Shown here piece after piece: positions 27,536-41,870 of a stretch of 64,000 nucleotides of DNA; position 1 is the first letter of the stretch, and every line of letters begins with the position of its first letter. The notes under the pieces are model-generated. The model saw only the letters and a program-made list of their open reading frames with translations. It searched no databases and was not told the DNA's origin. The translations under genes were made by a program, and so were the position numbers. The stretch covers positions 68,386,001-68,450,000 of the forward strand of contig OZ260666.1 in the NCBI GenBank assembly GCA_965285935.1. Direction: 5' to 3'. Origin of the DNA: Ophelia neglecta. Lineage: Eukaryota.

Positions 27536-27713
27536 CAGTGAAAACTGTGAATTGAGACCACCCAAGGGACTGTAAAATGTTGGTCTTATTATGGAGGTGG
27601 TCTGTTTAGAAAGGTTATTTTATATTGAAAATGCACAGTAGGGTCTTCATATTAGTGGTCTGAATTGACAGGTGGTCTGATTGTAGAGGTGGTCTTTAAG
27701 GCAGGTTTCACTG
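27536..27713 (+). mobile_element. Tc1/mariner-superfamily (pogo/Tigger-type) MITE, family C, 178 bp
   Basis: TA|CAGTGAAAACTG ... CAGGTTTCACTG|TA gives a TA TSD and CAGT-starting TIRs. (A/G)GTGGTCT subrepeats occur internally, and related copies lie at 59.6-59.9 kb. Confidence 0.9.
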
Positions 27714-29362
27714 TATATTTGAACCGACATGTAAATGGCGATTATTTCGTGGTTGACAGCCCTGCCCGACATGATACTAAATCCAGCAACGGTTGGACGA
27801 CTCTCAGGACATCTTCGCCGCCAGCGAAACCAAAAACCTCCCATGATTAATTCAAACACAAATCATATGGCGATTAAACCGAGTTAAGGTGCAATTATTC
27901 CTGCGAAATCAGGCAGTAAGACAATGTTTTAGAAGCTGTAGTCAACCATTTTGTTGTCCCACTTGCCGAGCAGTCTGGTAGAATAAAATCCTGTACATTG
28001 CCAGAGGGTGTCGGTGTTTGGAGTTAGGCAGACTGGAGCAAGGTTCTCATATTACCGACTTAAAGTCTGGCTTACCAGAAGCTGAATTATCATCTCAGCG
28101 ATTCTTGGACAAAATGGAGCCTTAACCAGTTATTTTTCAACGGTATTCTGGACCTTGCGACAGTGAAACTAGGAGTCAAGTCTGTGTGAAAATCCTATAC
28201 CAAAGGATAGCATAAAGTATAGGACAATTTGTGATCATAGCACATAATTGAATTAACAATTGGATATCTAAAAACTGTTCGGTGTTGTTCATGATTCAAT
28301 GCCTGGACAACCCGCCCGATACTTTCTTTAATCTGTCGGATTTTTTCTGCCAGAGTGTCGGTGTTGCTTAAATAGGTGAGAAATGATGGTTTAAAGTTAA
28401 TTCACAACTTTTATATACCTGCAGAAATATATAATAATATCTATAAAGGTTTTGAATTATCGTTTAAAAGTAAGAGCTATTAAGAGTTAATTATAAACAT
28501 ACTTTATAACTTTTATAAATCATTATAATAGGAATTACCACGGATCTCTTGTTTCACTTTGGTAGATAAATTCCTAGAAAGTACGAGCTCCTTAACTATT
28601 ATTTTCAAATCCTTTTTGGTGCAATGATAAATACTAAAATATAAACAACCAAACAAATCTCGTTTAACTATAGCTTCAATCTGTTTATCAATTATTTTAT
28701 TTAACTACAGTAGTACTAATCATCAATCCTATAATAGATTATAAATAAAGTGGTTCTAGTCAAACTTCCATTTTTAATGTCCGATTCAATCGCTAAATAA
28801 CCATTAACGTATTTGTGAATATAAACATTTATAGAATTATTGAATAATGATACTTCAAAACAATCAGCGAGTGCCCGCCCTAAAAGTCGGCTTTCTCTTT
28901 TTGTGTGTTAGATCCAATAATCGATCACCAATTATGCCATTAGGTCCGACTAATATCGCTTATTTTCGTCACAGGTAGTGGTAATTACAAATCACCATTT
29001 CAATTATTATTTAGCCGATGTTGACATCAAAGATTGAGCTTGACAAGGCGAAAAGAATTAGCATCGACCTTGAAATTGACACTATTGTCAGCGTCAAAGT
29101 CACGTGACTCCAGTCCCGAGATTTGTCAGTTTTCATTTTAATCGAAATAGTAGCTGGAAATACATTAGAATAAAATTGCAGATATAATCCACACGGGTAC
29201 ATCGCGGAGAATGTCTGACATGCGCACGCTGGTACTGATATTTAAAACCGATATTTTTTTGTGCAATAATAAACAAATTTAACTGGCTTCACTCCACGTG
29301 TGACCTAAAACAAGGTGTGCCATAATTTATTTAAATAAAAGAAATTTTGTTTCTCTTTCCAG

Positions 29363-29450
29363 ATCTTTCGAATTAAACTAAACCGTTGACACAAGCGGAA
29401 AGAACAAAAATTAGACTGTCTTCGCTTGGAAGGAGCCTTAGGATTTTTTG
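29363..29450 (+). other. Candidate internal non-coding exon (88 nt; 5'UTR or lncRNA)
   Basis: Strong acceptor TTTTGTTTCTCTTTCCAG| and consensus donor TTG|GTGAGT. There is no ATG, and all three frames contain stops. Confidence 0.6.
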
Positions 29451-29646
29451 GTGAGTACTTTTCGTGCTTTCTATACAACTTTATCAATTCATTGTACATT
29501 CATTCTATCAATGTGTTTCCACAGTTGATAAATTATTGCTGGTTGAGTGACAAAGCGTTGCGGTTATTGTTACCAGTCATAGGCAAACTCGTTTCAGGGG
29601 ATTTTTTATGTTTGTTGTCTTGTACGAAATGAGCGAATATGAAGAT

Positions 29647-29812
29647 AATTCCACCGGGATTCTAATCCTGGAACCTTTTAAGGCGTAATATTCACCATAA
29701 TTCTTATCCTTGAACTTGTTAAGGCGAATTATTCACCAGAATTCTTATCCTGGAAGCTGTTAAGGCGTATAATTCACCTAAAGTCTTAGCCTGGAACTTT
29801 TTAAGGCGTATT
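29647..29812. repeat. 41-bp minisatellite, 4 copies
   Basis: TTAAGGCG occurs at 29678, 29719, 29760 and 29801. The unit is approximately ATTCACCAGAATTCTTATCCTGGAACTTGTTAAGGCGTATA. Confidence 0.9.
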
Positions 29813-30971
29813 TTTTACAAACGTGGATTCAGCATCGGCCATGCTGATCAGAATATTTTCTTCATCGTATAGCTAATTAATACTGAATAATACTCAATTA
29901 TGACGTTGTCGGACTATTGGTTTCTTGTTATACACATACAAGGGATGACAGGAATTTTACGGTCTGATGTTTGAAGATGTCAAAGAAAAGCCGACATATA
30001 TATAATTGTATCGAAGCTGAGAGGCGTAGAGAATTTCTTTACGGTAGAGTGGATATTCACATCTCATTAATTATGTTCAAATATGCAAATTAGCACCGGC
30101 ATGATCTCTGACACAGAGAAAATTAGGCAGGGCACAGTGCAATTTTCTACCCCGTCAATTCCATAAACTAGCTGTGTCCGGAGACACCTTTGAGACAGAT
30201 GCCAGTTGAGACCATTAAGGCTATGAGGTCCATGAACAGACACACAGTCTTTTTTCCGCATGCAGGAATCTGTCATTATTTTTCGAATTCAACAAGGCGA
30301 AATGCCATTTTTACCACGAGAGTCTATTTCGTTTTCATATAGCTTTGATGTGGTAAATGAAAATATGCTGTTTGTGATGTATATTTATCAGTTTATGGGC
30401 AATACTCACTGTTTTCCGAGAGTATTTAGTCATACACTTCAAATGTTAGCTCTTAATATAACAAGTTGTTTCCATATGGACAGTTGAATGGGATATTTTT
30501 GGCGATTAGATATTTAAATTTTATTTCTTTCAAGGATTTATAATGTAGTATGTCATTTGGGACCCATGAGGTTGTTTCAATAGCATATTCAACAGCTTTA
30601 GACAACTGATAATTGTCAAACTGAAAGTAGAAATGGAAAGGGAAATAATATAATATAGAGATATAATAGAGACAGGATGTCTCGCAGGTAGGCCTAATGC
30701 CTTTGGATTTTATTGCAGAAAATTTTCTCGTTTGCCGGTTTATGCTTTCATTCAGCATTTCTTAATTTAAATAATTGCACTTGCACATGGTTCGTGATAT
30801 GTTTGTCAGAAAAATAAGGCATTCTGTCGTTTTCTAATGATCGTCTTCGGCGCTAAAAGCTCAGACCCCCCCCCCTCCCCCCACCCCTGCCCCCTCCTTG
30901 GGAGACTCCCTCCCACACCCAACAGTTAAAAGTGGACCCGTATTTATTTCCTAGCCCAGCTTACATATCCC

Positions 30972-30985
30972 GTTTCCTCGGTAAC
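30972..30985. promoter_or_regulatory. RFX X-box
   Basis: GTTTCCTCGGTAAC. Confidence 0.45.
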
Positions 30986-32569
30986 GTGTTGTTACAACGT
31001 AACCTCTACGTCACTCGGAGTCTCATTCTGATGTATCGTTTTGAATTTAGTTAAGACTTTGAATAAAGTGCTGGCAAACGTGTAATTACCTCTAGCCGTA
31101 AACCTGAAAGATAAAGAGCTTGTTCTATTCAATTTTAATTTTGTTCATTTAAAATTGTTTATTATAAATAAAAAGGATATACAAAATTACCGAAGCGTTA
31201 GTAATTAAACTAGACACATCATAACATACTTAATAGAAATATGAATGAATGAATATAGAAACAATTTCAAGCGATAGTAAGTTAATGTTTAAATTATTGA
31301 GGATAGGACCCCATTAGTGTAGGACGTGTTTTAAGGGTATATGCCATACCTTATTTAAAAATGAAACTTAACAACGTAACTTCGGGTTACTCGAGCTAAC
31401 AGAGATTGTCTTGTTGACCTATCTCCCGATGCATGCTGGTTAGAGATTAGCCATATGGTCTATCTTATCTGTGAAGACCCATCCTTTGTCTGCAGCCATT
31501 GGAGAAACCCCACAGGACGGAGATTGTAGTTAGAGTTGGAAATTAAAGCCCTAGAAATGCCAGAGGTAGCTTCAGGCGGGTGATAATACAGGAATTACCC
31601 AATCACCGCTTTTTGTAGGTTTCCCGCGTCATCGGCCCAGTCTCGTCTGCTCCCGTCCCCGAGCGATCTCTGCCCTTTATTTCAATTTTCCTGGTATTTT
31701 TTTGGTAGAGAATTTACAACATCTTGTCCAACAACAGGGCGCAGGATAGGTTCAGTTAAAATACAAAATGGACAGGTGAAGAGAGTGAATGGTTAATATG
31801 ATAATATAAACATGTTTTCATTTAAGATTAATGATTCAAAATTTACTCTACCGCTGCAAATATACTTAGAGAAGCATTTTGAAATTTCAGACTTATTGAA
31901 ATAGACTTCTGTCCGGATCTATGACAGATGAATATTATCATTAGGAGCTTTTATAAGAGATGTCACATAATTTAAAAATGTTGATAATTATTTTTCTCAC
32001 TCACGTGTCCTTTAAGCATCTGTATGCCATTAAAGCTATGGGCTTGTTGGCATACTTAATTTATTTTAATTTATCGTTAAAAACCCAGATATGAAAATTC
32101 GTCAGGCTTGGGAGTAAATTGCCCTGGAAGCGCACTTTGAACCATCTGATGAACTCTCAGAAATGTGTCAAACTGGACTTATTTTGGTTGGATCTAGAAT
32201 ATTATTAATCTTAGGATTGGCTAACATGGTGTGGGTATAGGAGAAATGTAAGCTAGAGATCACCTCACAATATCTGGTGGCTCATCTCCCAGACACACGT
32301 ACCTGGGAAGCCACAAGACTTCGTCCTAGAATTCGCCCACCCCATCACACCCCCTCTTCGATATATATCTCAACTGGTAGACAGACCCTCTCTTTTAAAT
32401 CCCCAACGCTATTCTGGAGATTTCAAATAATCCAGTTTTAAAATGGGGTTCTTTGCTTTTTAGGCTTATGTCAGATTCCTTTGGCAGACTCTGAGCTTTT
32501 TGCCTTTTAATGTTTTTTAACTGACGACTCTTAAACATTCATGGCTGTTGTTGTTGGGGCACAAAGGGC

Positions 32570-32910
32570 GCCGACGTCACGCGAGCCCCCCGCTCTGATT
32601 GGCTGATGCGAAAGACCTTTCTGACATTCCTCCAATGAGCGACCTTCGATCGGTTCTTTGATGTCATGGACAAAGAGGCGGCGGTATTTTTATAGTATGT
32701 TGGCAACTAGCTTTCGGGGAGAAATGTCCCCCACAACGCCAGTACAAAGACTGGTCGATATAAATGTCGATAGCTGTCGATTGCTCCGTCATGTAACTGC
32801 ACTGCCTCCCGACAAAACGCCTGTCCTCACAAACAACGCTTTCTGCTCCAAGCTCTCACCCAGTGCAATTCCCTGACGACATTTCTTTTGCAGCAGACGA
32901 CAATTTGCAC
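32570..32910. promoter_or_regulatory. Promoter/enhancer-like module
   Basis: GACGTCA (CRE-like, 32573), CTGATTGGCT (inverted CCAAT, 32595), CCAAT (32632), TTTTTATAG (32687) and GCAGACGACAATTT (32893). Confidence 0.45.
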
Positions 32911-35204
32911 CAAAACTAAAACAGAAGTGGGAGCTTTGTTCGCCACCGGCACGGCAAATTAATTTCCTCCCAAGAACATCGCGAAAACGTAATGCATGTA
33001 TTTTGATGGCTTAACGAGCCATAAACACTTAATGTACGGAAACGACTAAGTTTTGGGAAATGGTTATCATAATGTAGATAACCCGCTGAACCCAAACTTC
33101 AGCATATATTTTTGCCAAGGAAAGTAGGCCTATATTGATACTTCAGCGGGAAACTATGTCTCGCAGTATCTCGGGTCATCTTAAACTCCTTATTTTATTA
33201 TATATATACGCTCATAAATTTCTGTTTGCGTTTTCTCCTGATAGTGTTGTTCTCTATGATGCATTACGGACGATGACTTTATGCACGATACATATCCCAA
33301 CCTCGAATAATTAATTTTGGATGCATTTACAGAAATTCTTTTATCTAGAATTGTTAATATGAATAATTAATTCTCGCTTTTTATAAAGAGAAGCGCCCCT
33401 TTGCCTGATATTTTATTGCGATCCCTTTGTTGCACGGGCGGAACTTATAATGAGCAGCCCGAAATGATTTAATCTATTTGAAGCTGAAAAAATAGACCGG
33501 AAAACAATGTTAATAAACCACTCAAAATCAACCATCGCGATTCAAAGCAGAAAACGCACTCCATTGAAGTTTTTACTGGCATTTTCAAAACAATTTTCCC
33601 TTGCCAGTTTGTTTTGTATTGTTGAATTTTAGATTTGATTTATTTGCTTTCCATACAGACACAGAACACGAAAAAATAGACTGGTCTTTCTTTTTGTATC
33701 CATAAATACTTAATCAATCTACCTTAACATAAAAGCAGCCGACAAATTGCAGAATTGCAACAAAAGCGAGAAATAATTGATGGGCGCGTTCGCTCTGAAC
33801 AGCCACTTGCGTGCTCTTAGAAGGCCAAAATCTTCCCAGCATGCATTTGGCGCGTGTTACTGGGTATAGGGCGGTATAATGGCTAGAAATAGGGAAGCTG
33901 AGCCCTATTATAAAGAGAGGGTTCCCTATTCAACCCCGTGCTCGGGGCTTGTTAGCAAAGATGGCGAATTAAGCCCGGATAATACGGGCAATGTCAAGGG
34001 TCACCTTCAGCCAGTAATCAGGCGTGAGGTTACTACGTCACAGCGTCTGTGGCTTCTCATGTGCCACGTCTCAGGCTTGTAAAGAACCCGCGAGATTTCC
34101 GTGCCTCCAGGCTAACCAATAACACCGCTGGTCACTTCTTTATGATTTTGCTTTGTTTGCTGCGGCCAAGATTTCCGCCATATTGTATTTCATAAGTTGA
34201 CCGTTCCGTGTCTCCTAAAACCGGTTTTTTCCCTTTAATCATATCTACATGAATTGTACAGCTGTATACTTGTTTTGTTTCCAATCAAAATTATACTTTT
34301 GATATCTTGTTGTTCTTCATTACAAAATGGGAAAAAGCTGTCTCGAATTTTGTACGTTCGAATGTATATAGTCAGAAAAGCTTTATTTGTCACAGCTCGC
34401 CCGACCAGTGTACAAGAAGGAGTTTCGTTGATAATTACCACGCTTTGGAGGCCCTCGTTGGATTTTCTATAACTTTTGTTTCGTTTTTGTTTTACCTTAA
34501 GAAAAACATGACTATGAGCAGGCCTATGTACTTTATTTCAGCTATGTTTTCGGTCTTTCATCTCTTTTTTCCGCCTTTTCTCGCCCTATCCAATCTTTCT
34601 GTCCGTCGCCTCATACAAGCATTATCAGGCCAGTTTCTCGCCTCCAACTTCTCTCCAATCATTACCGCGTCCGCTGCCCTCGGCTAGTCTAATCATTGGA
34701 GACTAAAAAGGAAAATTCGCCCAAAAAACCACCAATATGCAGCGGTTAATTTCTTTTGCCCAGCGCTATAAAGAGCAATTTGGCGGGAATATCTGTGGTC
34801 GGCTGATGATACTTCCGATGGCGAAATAATGACGCCTGTAATATGTGTAATATTAAAGCGCCTGAGAGTCCACCGGAACTCACCATAAGGCGTCTGCCCG
34901 GCGGCGGTCATTTCGCCCGCTACACCTTTTTTGGCGACAAGACAAATTTTCCAATATTGCCTACATACAGTAGAGCCTGTGGGAGCAATGGTGCTCTAAT
35001 CAGTTAGATTGACTGGTAAACCACGATTAAGAGCGTTTGATTTTTATGTCCCGTCTTTAATGGCTCACTGAGGCGTTTTAACGCATCATTACATCCGGGC
35101 TTCTCGCCTAATGAGGGCGAAATGAATTTCTGGACGTCTGCCCCTCTCGCTATGTCCCCCAGTCAGCGGAGCAAATTGTCTAGTGACACCGGACGTCCCT
35201 CCTA

Positions 35205-35455
35205 TTAACTTCCGGCGACGTCAATCACTTCCGGCTGTCACGGGACGCTGCCGAACGCCCTCCGTGACCTTCAGCTTTGAGATAAAACACATCAGACGCC
35301 GGGCATGGTAAATGATTTAGCTGCCTTGTAATGGCGTGTAATGGCATCCCAAATGGAGACTATGACTCCCAGAAGACATCGCGACTTCCGGTGAAATGTC
35401 GTTTACTCCTCATCGAGCCAACAACGATGGTAGTTAACTTGGTAACCATGGAAAC
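35205..35455. promoter_or_regulatory. ETS cluster plus RFX X-box
   Basis: ACTTCCGG at ~35208, ~35227 and ~35384; GTAACCATGGAAAC at 35442-35455. Confidence 0.55.
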
Positions 35456-38400
35456 GCCTTGGCAATCACCCAGAAATGACCGGCAGTGTTTTACTTTTAC
35501 CTCTTGTTCAAGTTTAATGGCTCTACCATCCCGTTGTCAAGCACTCAGGTGTACCTATTAAGGAACGATGATATTTTATACAGGTTCCGGGACCTTGTCT
35601 GTACCGCCGGGGACGTTAGTGCTCCCTCTGAATATCTGTACACTTTTGTCTTCAATGGAAGATAAGAACTGAACATGTTTATTCCACATGTTAATTTAAA
35701 ATCACCCTCTAAATTCTCCCTTTAGTGTCTTGTTTGGTAATAACTGTTATTCACCCTTTTCATGTCTCAAATCATGAAGACTTTGTTTGACAGGCTAAGT
35801 CTCTGATATTCCTGGCACATATATCTCTGGAGGTAGATGTCACTGCTACATGATTTCAAACCTAGCTGGTAGTTAGAAGGAATAGCAACCACAGATGACA
35901 TGACACATGACATTTAAAATGTCGTCTGCGTTCTCAACCCTTGGGGGTTTGAGAGAATTTAATGAAATAAAAACAAACTTTGATAGAAGTCTACCCGCAC
36001 TGAAACTTGATACACACTGAAATGATTGACAAACTCTACACGTTTTTTTCTCTGTCTCTCTCATTATTCATGCTGTACTTTTATGTTGCTATAGGAAAAG
36101 TATTTAAAACACTAAGAACCATGTGGGCGATAATCGAGGCTATAAATGATTTCCTGTTTTGCTGCTTCAGTCAGATACAGATAAAAAGATGGTTTGGAAA
36201 CCTTAAGCAATTAGTTTCCTTATTTTGCATCTTTTTTTTCGAACTCGGCACGGAACTTGGGAACAATTGTGGTTAAGACCATTTCATTGATAAACAACTT
36301 CAAAGTAGAGTTGAATGATGGCACATTCCCGGCCAATTCTCACGGAGGAGCCCTTTACAGCAGTCCCGCAGAGCGACAAACAAAGTAGTGGATGAAGCTA
36401 GTAATTATGGGTAATTATGGCCGACAGCGAGCAGGCACAAAGCAGATGTGAATTAACAAATATCAATGTGCCGGAATCTGACCAAGTATCTCCCAACAGA
36501 GCGACCATGAAACCGCGCGCGGCTACGTCGTCTATCGCGCCATTTACCGGAAACACGAGAAGGCTATAGTGCGCAAACGCAGCAGTCCCTAACAACAGAG
36601 CGGTGAGATGAAAAGTGGTTCGAGCATAAGAGGATACTTATTTAGTAAATCTAATTACCGTATAGAAACATCCACGCGGAGTCAAATAGCGCCGCTGATG
36701 GCAAGTTATGTTGGTAAATATTGTAGTAATTTGCGCGCCATTGGGGGCAGGTTACTATGACTCCGCCTAAACGACGTGAGCAGACGAGACCGTGGGGTTA
36801 GGTAAACAACGCCCCATGTGGCGGTTACCATAAGGACTGGTCGCTGGTCAACCTTTAGTGAACGAAAATCATCGTACGTTTTGTTTGCAGTGTATATCTG
36901 CAGCAGACATCTCTGATTATCGCCCAGTCGATTAATACGCTCTGACGACATCAGAGGATGTTAGTTTCCCCGCCAAATGTCGTGCTGTCTGATAAATAGC
37001 GATTGCGGCTTGGAAAACTTCGGAGATATATATATAGAACAGAATAACATGTATGTCTCAGAAAATCTAAAACAAAAGCCACCTTTATTAAAAAAAATTA
37101 AGTTCGTTTTGCCATTAACCAAGAAAAGGGTAAAACTTCCCCGTTCCGGTCAATTTTCCATTCTTTCAGGTACAACATATGTGAATTGTTTTGAGAATGG
37201 AGGTAAAATTACTGCACACCTGTTCCTAACATGCCCCCCCCCCCCCCCACACACACACCATGAGCTGCTAAGCCCCCCCCCCCGTCTCCCCCCACTCTCC
37301 CGTGACCGGAGTCCCCGTCCCCGGTTCCCCTTCCCCTCTCACATCCTTCCCAAGAACTGACCACCAATTTCGTCTTTCCTCCATTTACCCATGCAGTAAC
37401 CCTACATGCCCTTGACTAAGCCGTTGTTATCAAAAATCGCACTTCTGAGAAATCCTACGGAATTTTGAACAATGATGGAGCGATTTCTGATGGTCGTGTT
37501 TGAGTTTCTCTCAAAATGAGTGTCTCGGTTGTCGTTTGTTTATTTAACACTCCATTATTGCTGTTAAAGGACCAGGTTATCAAGATATTGGTGCTTAATT
37601 TCCCAATAACATGTTTAAACAGTTGCAAGTTCAAGAGGGTCGTGCTGCTAAACCACAGATGAAATTTTCGGTCACGCGCTTCTATTATCGCTCAGTAATA
37701 GCGTTCTTCCCACGTGATCAGCGGGCGACGCCACGTTTGTTTTACTCTCGAACCACTTGAGCATGTTTACAGAAAGCTTCATTTCTAATTCTATTACCGC
37801 CCTTCTAGTCGATATTCCAACTAATTTATGTCTCTGCTTTTCTCATCGCTGGCTTTTTTTTAAAACTTATTCCCTATACCAGATAAGCCTAAAATACTTT
37901 TTGTAAGATTTGTGTTTGTTAAATGAATCCAATTTCTTCTTTTTAATCAATAATATTCTCAATTTCAAAATTTAAAACTCAATCAAAATGCAACGAATAT
38001 CATCTGCTATGCTGTTCGCTGAAGTACCTCTGTAATTAATGAAAGTAAATTCTAAGCGGTATCTGCTCGACCGTTGTGAATCATGAGAGCTTCCTCCCAA
38101 CGCTTCCCGTCTGATATTAGAAAAAGCGGCGTCTATTGTATACCCTGGCGTAAAAGAAAGGGTTGCCTGGTCGTTGTGAAGTCAAATGGCCAAATCATTT
38201 AGCGATGTATCTCAATTAAACTTCCCTAACCTGCCATTGCTCGCCTGGTGGTTTTGAAAGAGCTTCACAATGCTTAGTTTGAAAGGCATAATGGGAGCGA
38301 TAGGAAAAGATGGCGGAATGGGCTCCCTGTGGAGATCATGGTATACCGGGCGAGTTTTGTAGATAGCGAGGGTCGTTTTTAAGTTCCAATACAGTTTAAA

Positions 38401-41371
38401 AAAGGTCAATTTCATGTCCAGCTGCCTTGATTCGACATAAATGTGGCTAATAGTTTAGAATCATTATGTTAGTTTTACAAGACTAACAATCTGTAAAGGC
38501 CACCATATACATATTTGGAGTTATGAATGCATATGATTTAGCTGTAGTTGTCACATAGGTCACATAAGGAGAAACTGTGTGGGTGGTTGTGGTAGTACCA
38601 AATGTGGCTGCTTTATTTTTTTCCTATGTACATGCGAATGACAAACCATCTGTGGACAGGTATGCATTAATGTAGGAGGGAAAAAAACGCTCTTCTTAAA
38701 GAACAAATCCATATTTATAGAGTCCTTCATAAAAGGGGCACACTCTCTTCCTCTCTTTTTTTTACTCTTGCGTGATTTAGAACTCATAACTATCAAAAGT
38801 TGGCAGTTTCATAGCAAAATCTTGTTACCCCTACTGTTGTGAATTGTACCCCTGCAACAAAAGAATGAAATAACCTCTACCCCCCTCTGGTTGCCATCTT
38901 GCCGTCAGAATCCCTGCAGTTTGAGATTGATTTATTTTGATCATTAACATTGCAAATTTTCCACTTGGTAGGCTTTCGTTTCAGCCCACTTCGAGGGCAT
39001 TCAGAGTGGAGTTCGGGCCGAAACACGCCCCCATTGAACTGTTCAAGCGCCTGGAGAATATCTAATGAATTTGGTGATGAGTGTCACAGTTGATGGAAAG
39101 TGACCGGACAATCTGTTGGATGGGGTCGCTCATTGTTGCTGCTCAACAGCTCAGCAAACAGTTCTGTTTGCCAACTCTTTAAACTGTACTAAAAAGTTAT
39201 CCTTTCTCATATATGACAGTGCTTTAATAAGACGATGAAATGATCTGTGAGAAACATTTTTTGTCGCTTCTTTTGGGAATTGTCTTTACTATTTATCGCC
39301 GTTTTAGATTGTTGATGCAGGTGTCGTTTACTTTTTTAAAATCACGATTTTAAACTTCAAGTTCGCTTAGTATATTTTTTTTTTAATTATACATATGTAT
39401 AAGATTAATTGGCCATAAAGGCCTAGGCTTCGAAAGCATTGACACTGCTGTCAGCGTTCGTAACTGATCCCTCGCTCTGAATTATTAACAGTTGGCTGTC
39501 AACCCACGTGCCACCAAGCAACATTATTTGTACGTTTGGGTGTCAAAAAATAAATCGACTTTCGAGAATGAAATTGGTCGTGAAATTTGCCAACTGGTGT
39601 GATTTCAGGCGACAGGGTCCTACAAGAGGCAATGGGTGTGCACAGAACTCAGTCTCCATAAGGGATGGACTCCTGATATTGAGTGCTACTTGAAGAAGTG
39701 GCATTTGGCGACGGTAGTTTTGGGACGATGAAAAAATGTATATAATTCACACTTTTATGTACAGTATCGTCTGCTGTAACATGGCAAGCGTCGTAGCGCC
39801 CTCTTTCCACCCAATTTCACCCATTAGAATGTTAATTAGTGAATGTTAATTAATTAAGTGTCAGCCCCGGGTTTATCGGCGGAGACCACGCCTGATTAAA
39901 CGCTCAGATTCCATGCCCTTCATTAATAACTGCAGAGGACGTTTGCTGCGGGACTGACATTGACAAATATGGGCGAACTCTTCATAACATAAAGGGTGCT
40001 TAAATCACGTTGAGAAGTGCGCAATATCTTAGCTACACTATGTGGTTACTCTGCAAATGAAAACAAATGGTCAGGAAATGATAGTTAACAGTATATAGTA
40101 AGCCATATTGGTATATATATCCTATGAATAAACTTGTTCATGATTAAAATGGCGGATCTGTAGCAAACTGTGTTGGACAATCTTTGAAGAAGTAAAGTTG
40201 TGAACAAAAAGTTGTAATGCGACTGCAGTAGTTAAAATTCGAATCATCAAAGACACACTTCTTCTCACCTTGTGTTTCATCGGCCCAGCCTACTTACTGT
40301 GTCTTTGGAGAGAACTATGCAGTATCAAACTAAAAGCGCCATCGGCTGAAGTAATAAATAACAACCTCCATCCGATTTTCACATCTTCCCATTGTGTCTT
40401 CAGGCACTTATCTCTCAAACCTACAATTTGTTTAGTTTGTCTATATTTTCCGTTTACAATTCCCAAAGCGGTGCTTTCAATCGTAGTCTCTGTAATCAAA
40501 GGGACGTGAATGAAACGTTTACTAGGTCATTAGAAAGACAATCAATGGGTTGGGCGATAATTACGGCAAATCCCTTTTCAAAGCGTATACCTTTTATAGC
40601 CCTAATGAACGACTATAGTGGCCGCAGGTGATACTCAATTCCAGGCGTGTATTGTTTTTGGGTCGGACTTTTGACAAAGTCTATACTATAGTTTGCTATT
40701 GTAAAATAAGTGTGGTAAGCCTATGATCAAGGTCGGGTGGATGATGGAGATATTGGGGGCTGTTTATCTTCTAACCAAGACGCTACTTGCCATATTATCG
40801 TCCATGTTTGCAGGGTGTAAAGTGGTTAGTCGAGGTCGCAATTGCTCTTTTGTGAACAAGGTGCGATCATTTCCTGCGATCGATTATTCGATTAATTCAG
40901 CTTGTTTCATACCCTAACCACGGAATCATTGGTCTTTGAATACCCCCTAAATTCACTGCTTAATGAAATGGTACAGAATATTCCTACACGAGTCGGCAAG
41001 CCGCCATCATGAAATTACCACTTTAAATTTTCCGCCACAGTGATGAGCGATATTACCTGACAATGACCGATGCGCGAGGCGGGAAATTGGTGATAGCAGA
41101 CGACAAATTCGTTTAGGGAGCAACGTCCAGCGTCTCTTGGCCAAACTCGATCCTTATGGCCTAAAACCGTTCGGTTAGTTAGTCCTTTAGTGCTTCCGCT
41201 CTCAATTGAATTCCTTTCCCATTCCTTGCTAGTTTAGGCTGTTTTGATATCAACCCGCCGGCCATGAGTGTCATCTCTTTTCAAATTAGACAATTTGTGA
41301 GCTAACGAACGCCGCTGTTCCATAACTCGCCGCTAAAAACCTGCTTTCAACCGTGTATCGTGGTTATCTCC

Positions 41372-41870
41372 AGGGGAGGATTTAGGAGTCCCGAGAATAT
41401 AGTCAACTTTCATTTAGAGGGTGTGAGATAGATTTTTCCTAGCAGGTGGTCTTAGACTTTATAGAGGGTTAATGCTGGGTGCCTCATTCCAAAGAGGGGT
41501 GTGGGGGTTTAGAGGGGTTGTCTTCTTTCAGAGGGGCTCCTGGGTTTTAAAGAGGGCGTGTTATAGGTGTCTCCTCCTAGCGGGGTTTGGGGAATTAGAG
41601 AGGTTGAGATTGGGGCCAACTTCCTGAACGGGGTTTAGGGGTTTAGGGAGGGTGGGCGATGGGTGTTTCCTCCTAGCGGGGAGTCGTGCGTATATATAGG
41701 GTGTGTGATGTATATGGGGTGTGTGATGGTTTACTACTTCTAGCACGGGGTCTTGGGTTTAAGAAAGTATGTATGATGAGTGACTCCTCCTAGCGGTATA
41801 GTCTGGGTGTTTAGAGGGCTGTTAGGTGGGTGTCTCATCTCAGGGGATATCTGGGGACTGGGCTCTCAGA
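41372..41870. repeat. Degenerate G-rich minisatellite (~46-48-bp unit)
   Basis: (CT)CCTAGCGGG and GGGTTTAGAGGG blocks recur (CCTAGC at 41438, 41576, 41672, 41789), with a strong G/T strand bias. Confidence 0.75.

Noticed and set aside
34966-34980. TACAGTAGAGCCT as a Tigger-like TIR
   Set aside because: No matching inverted end was found nearby.
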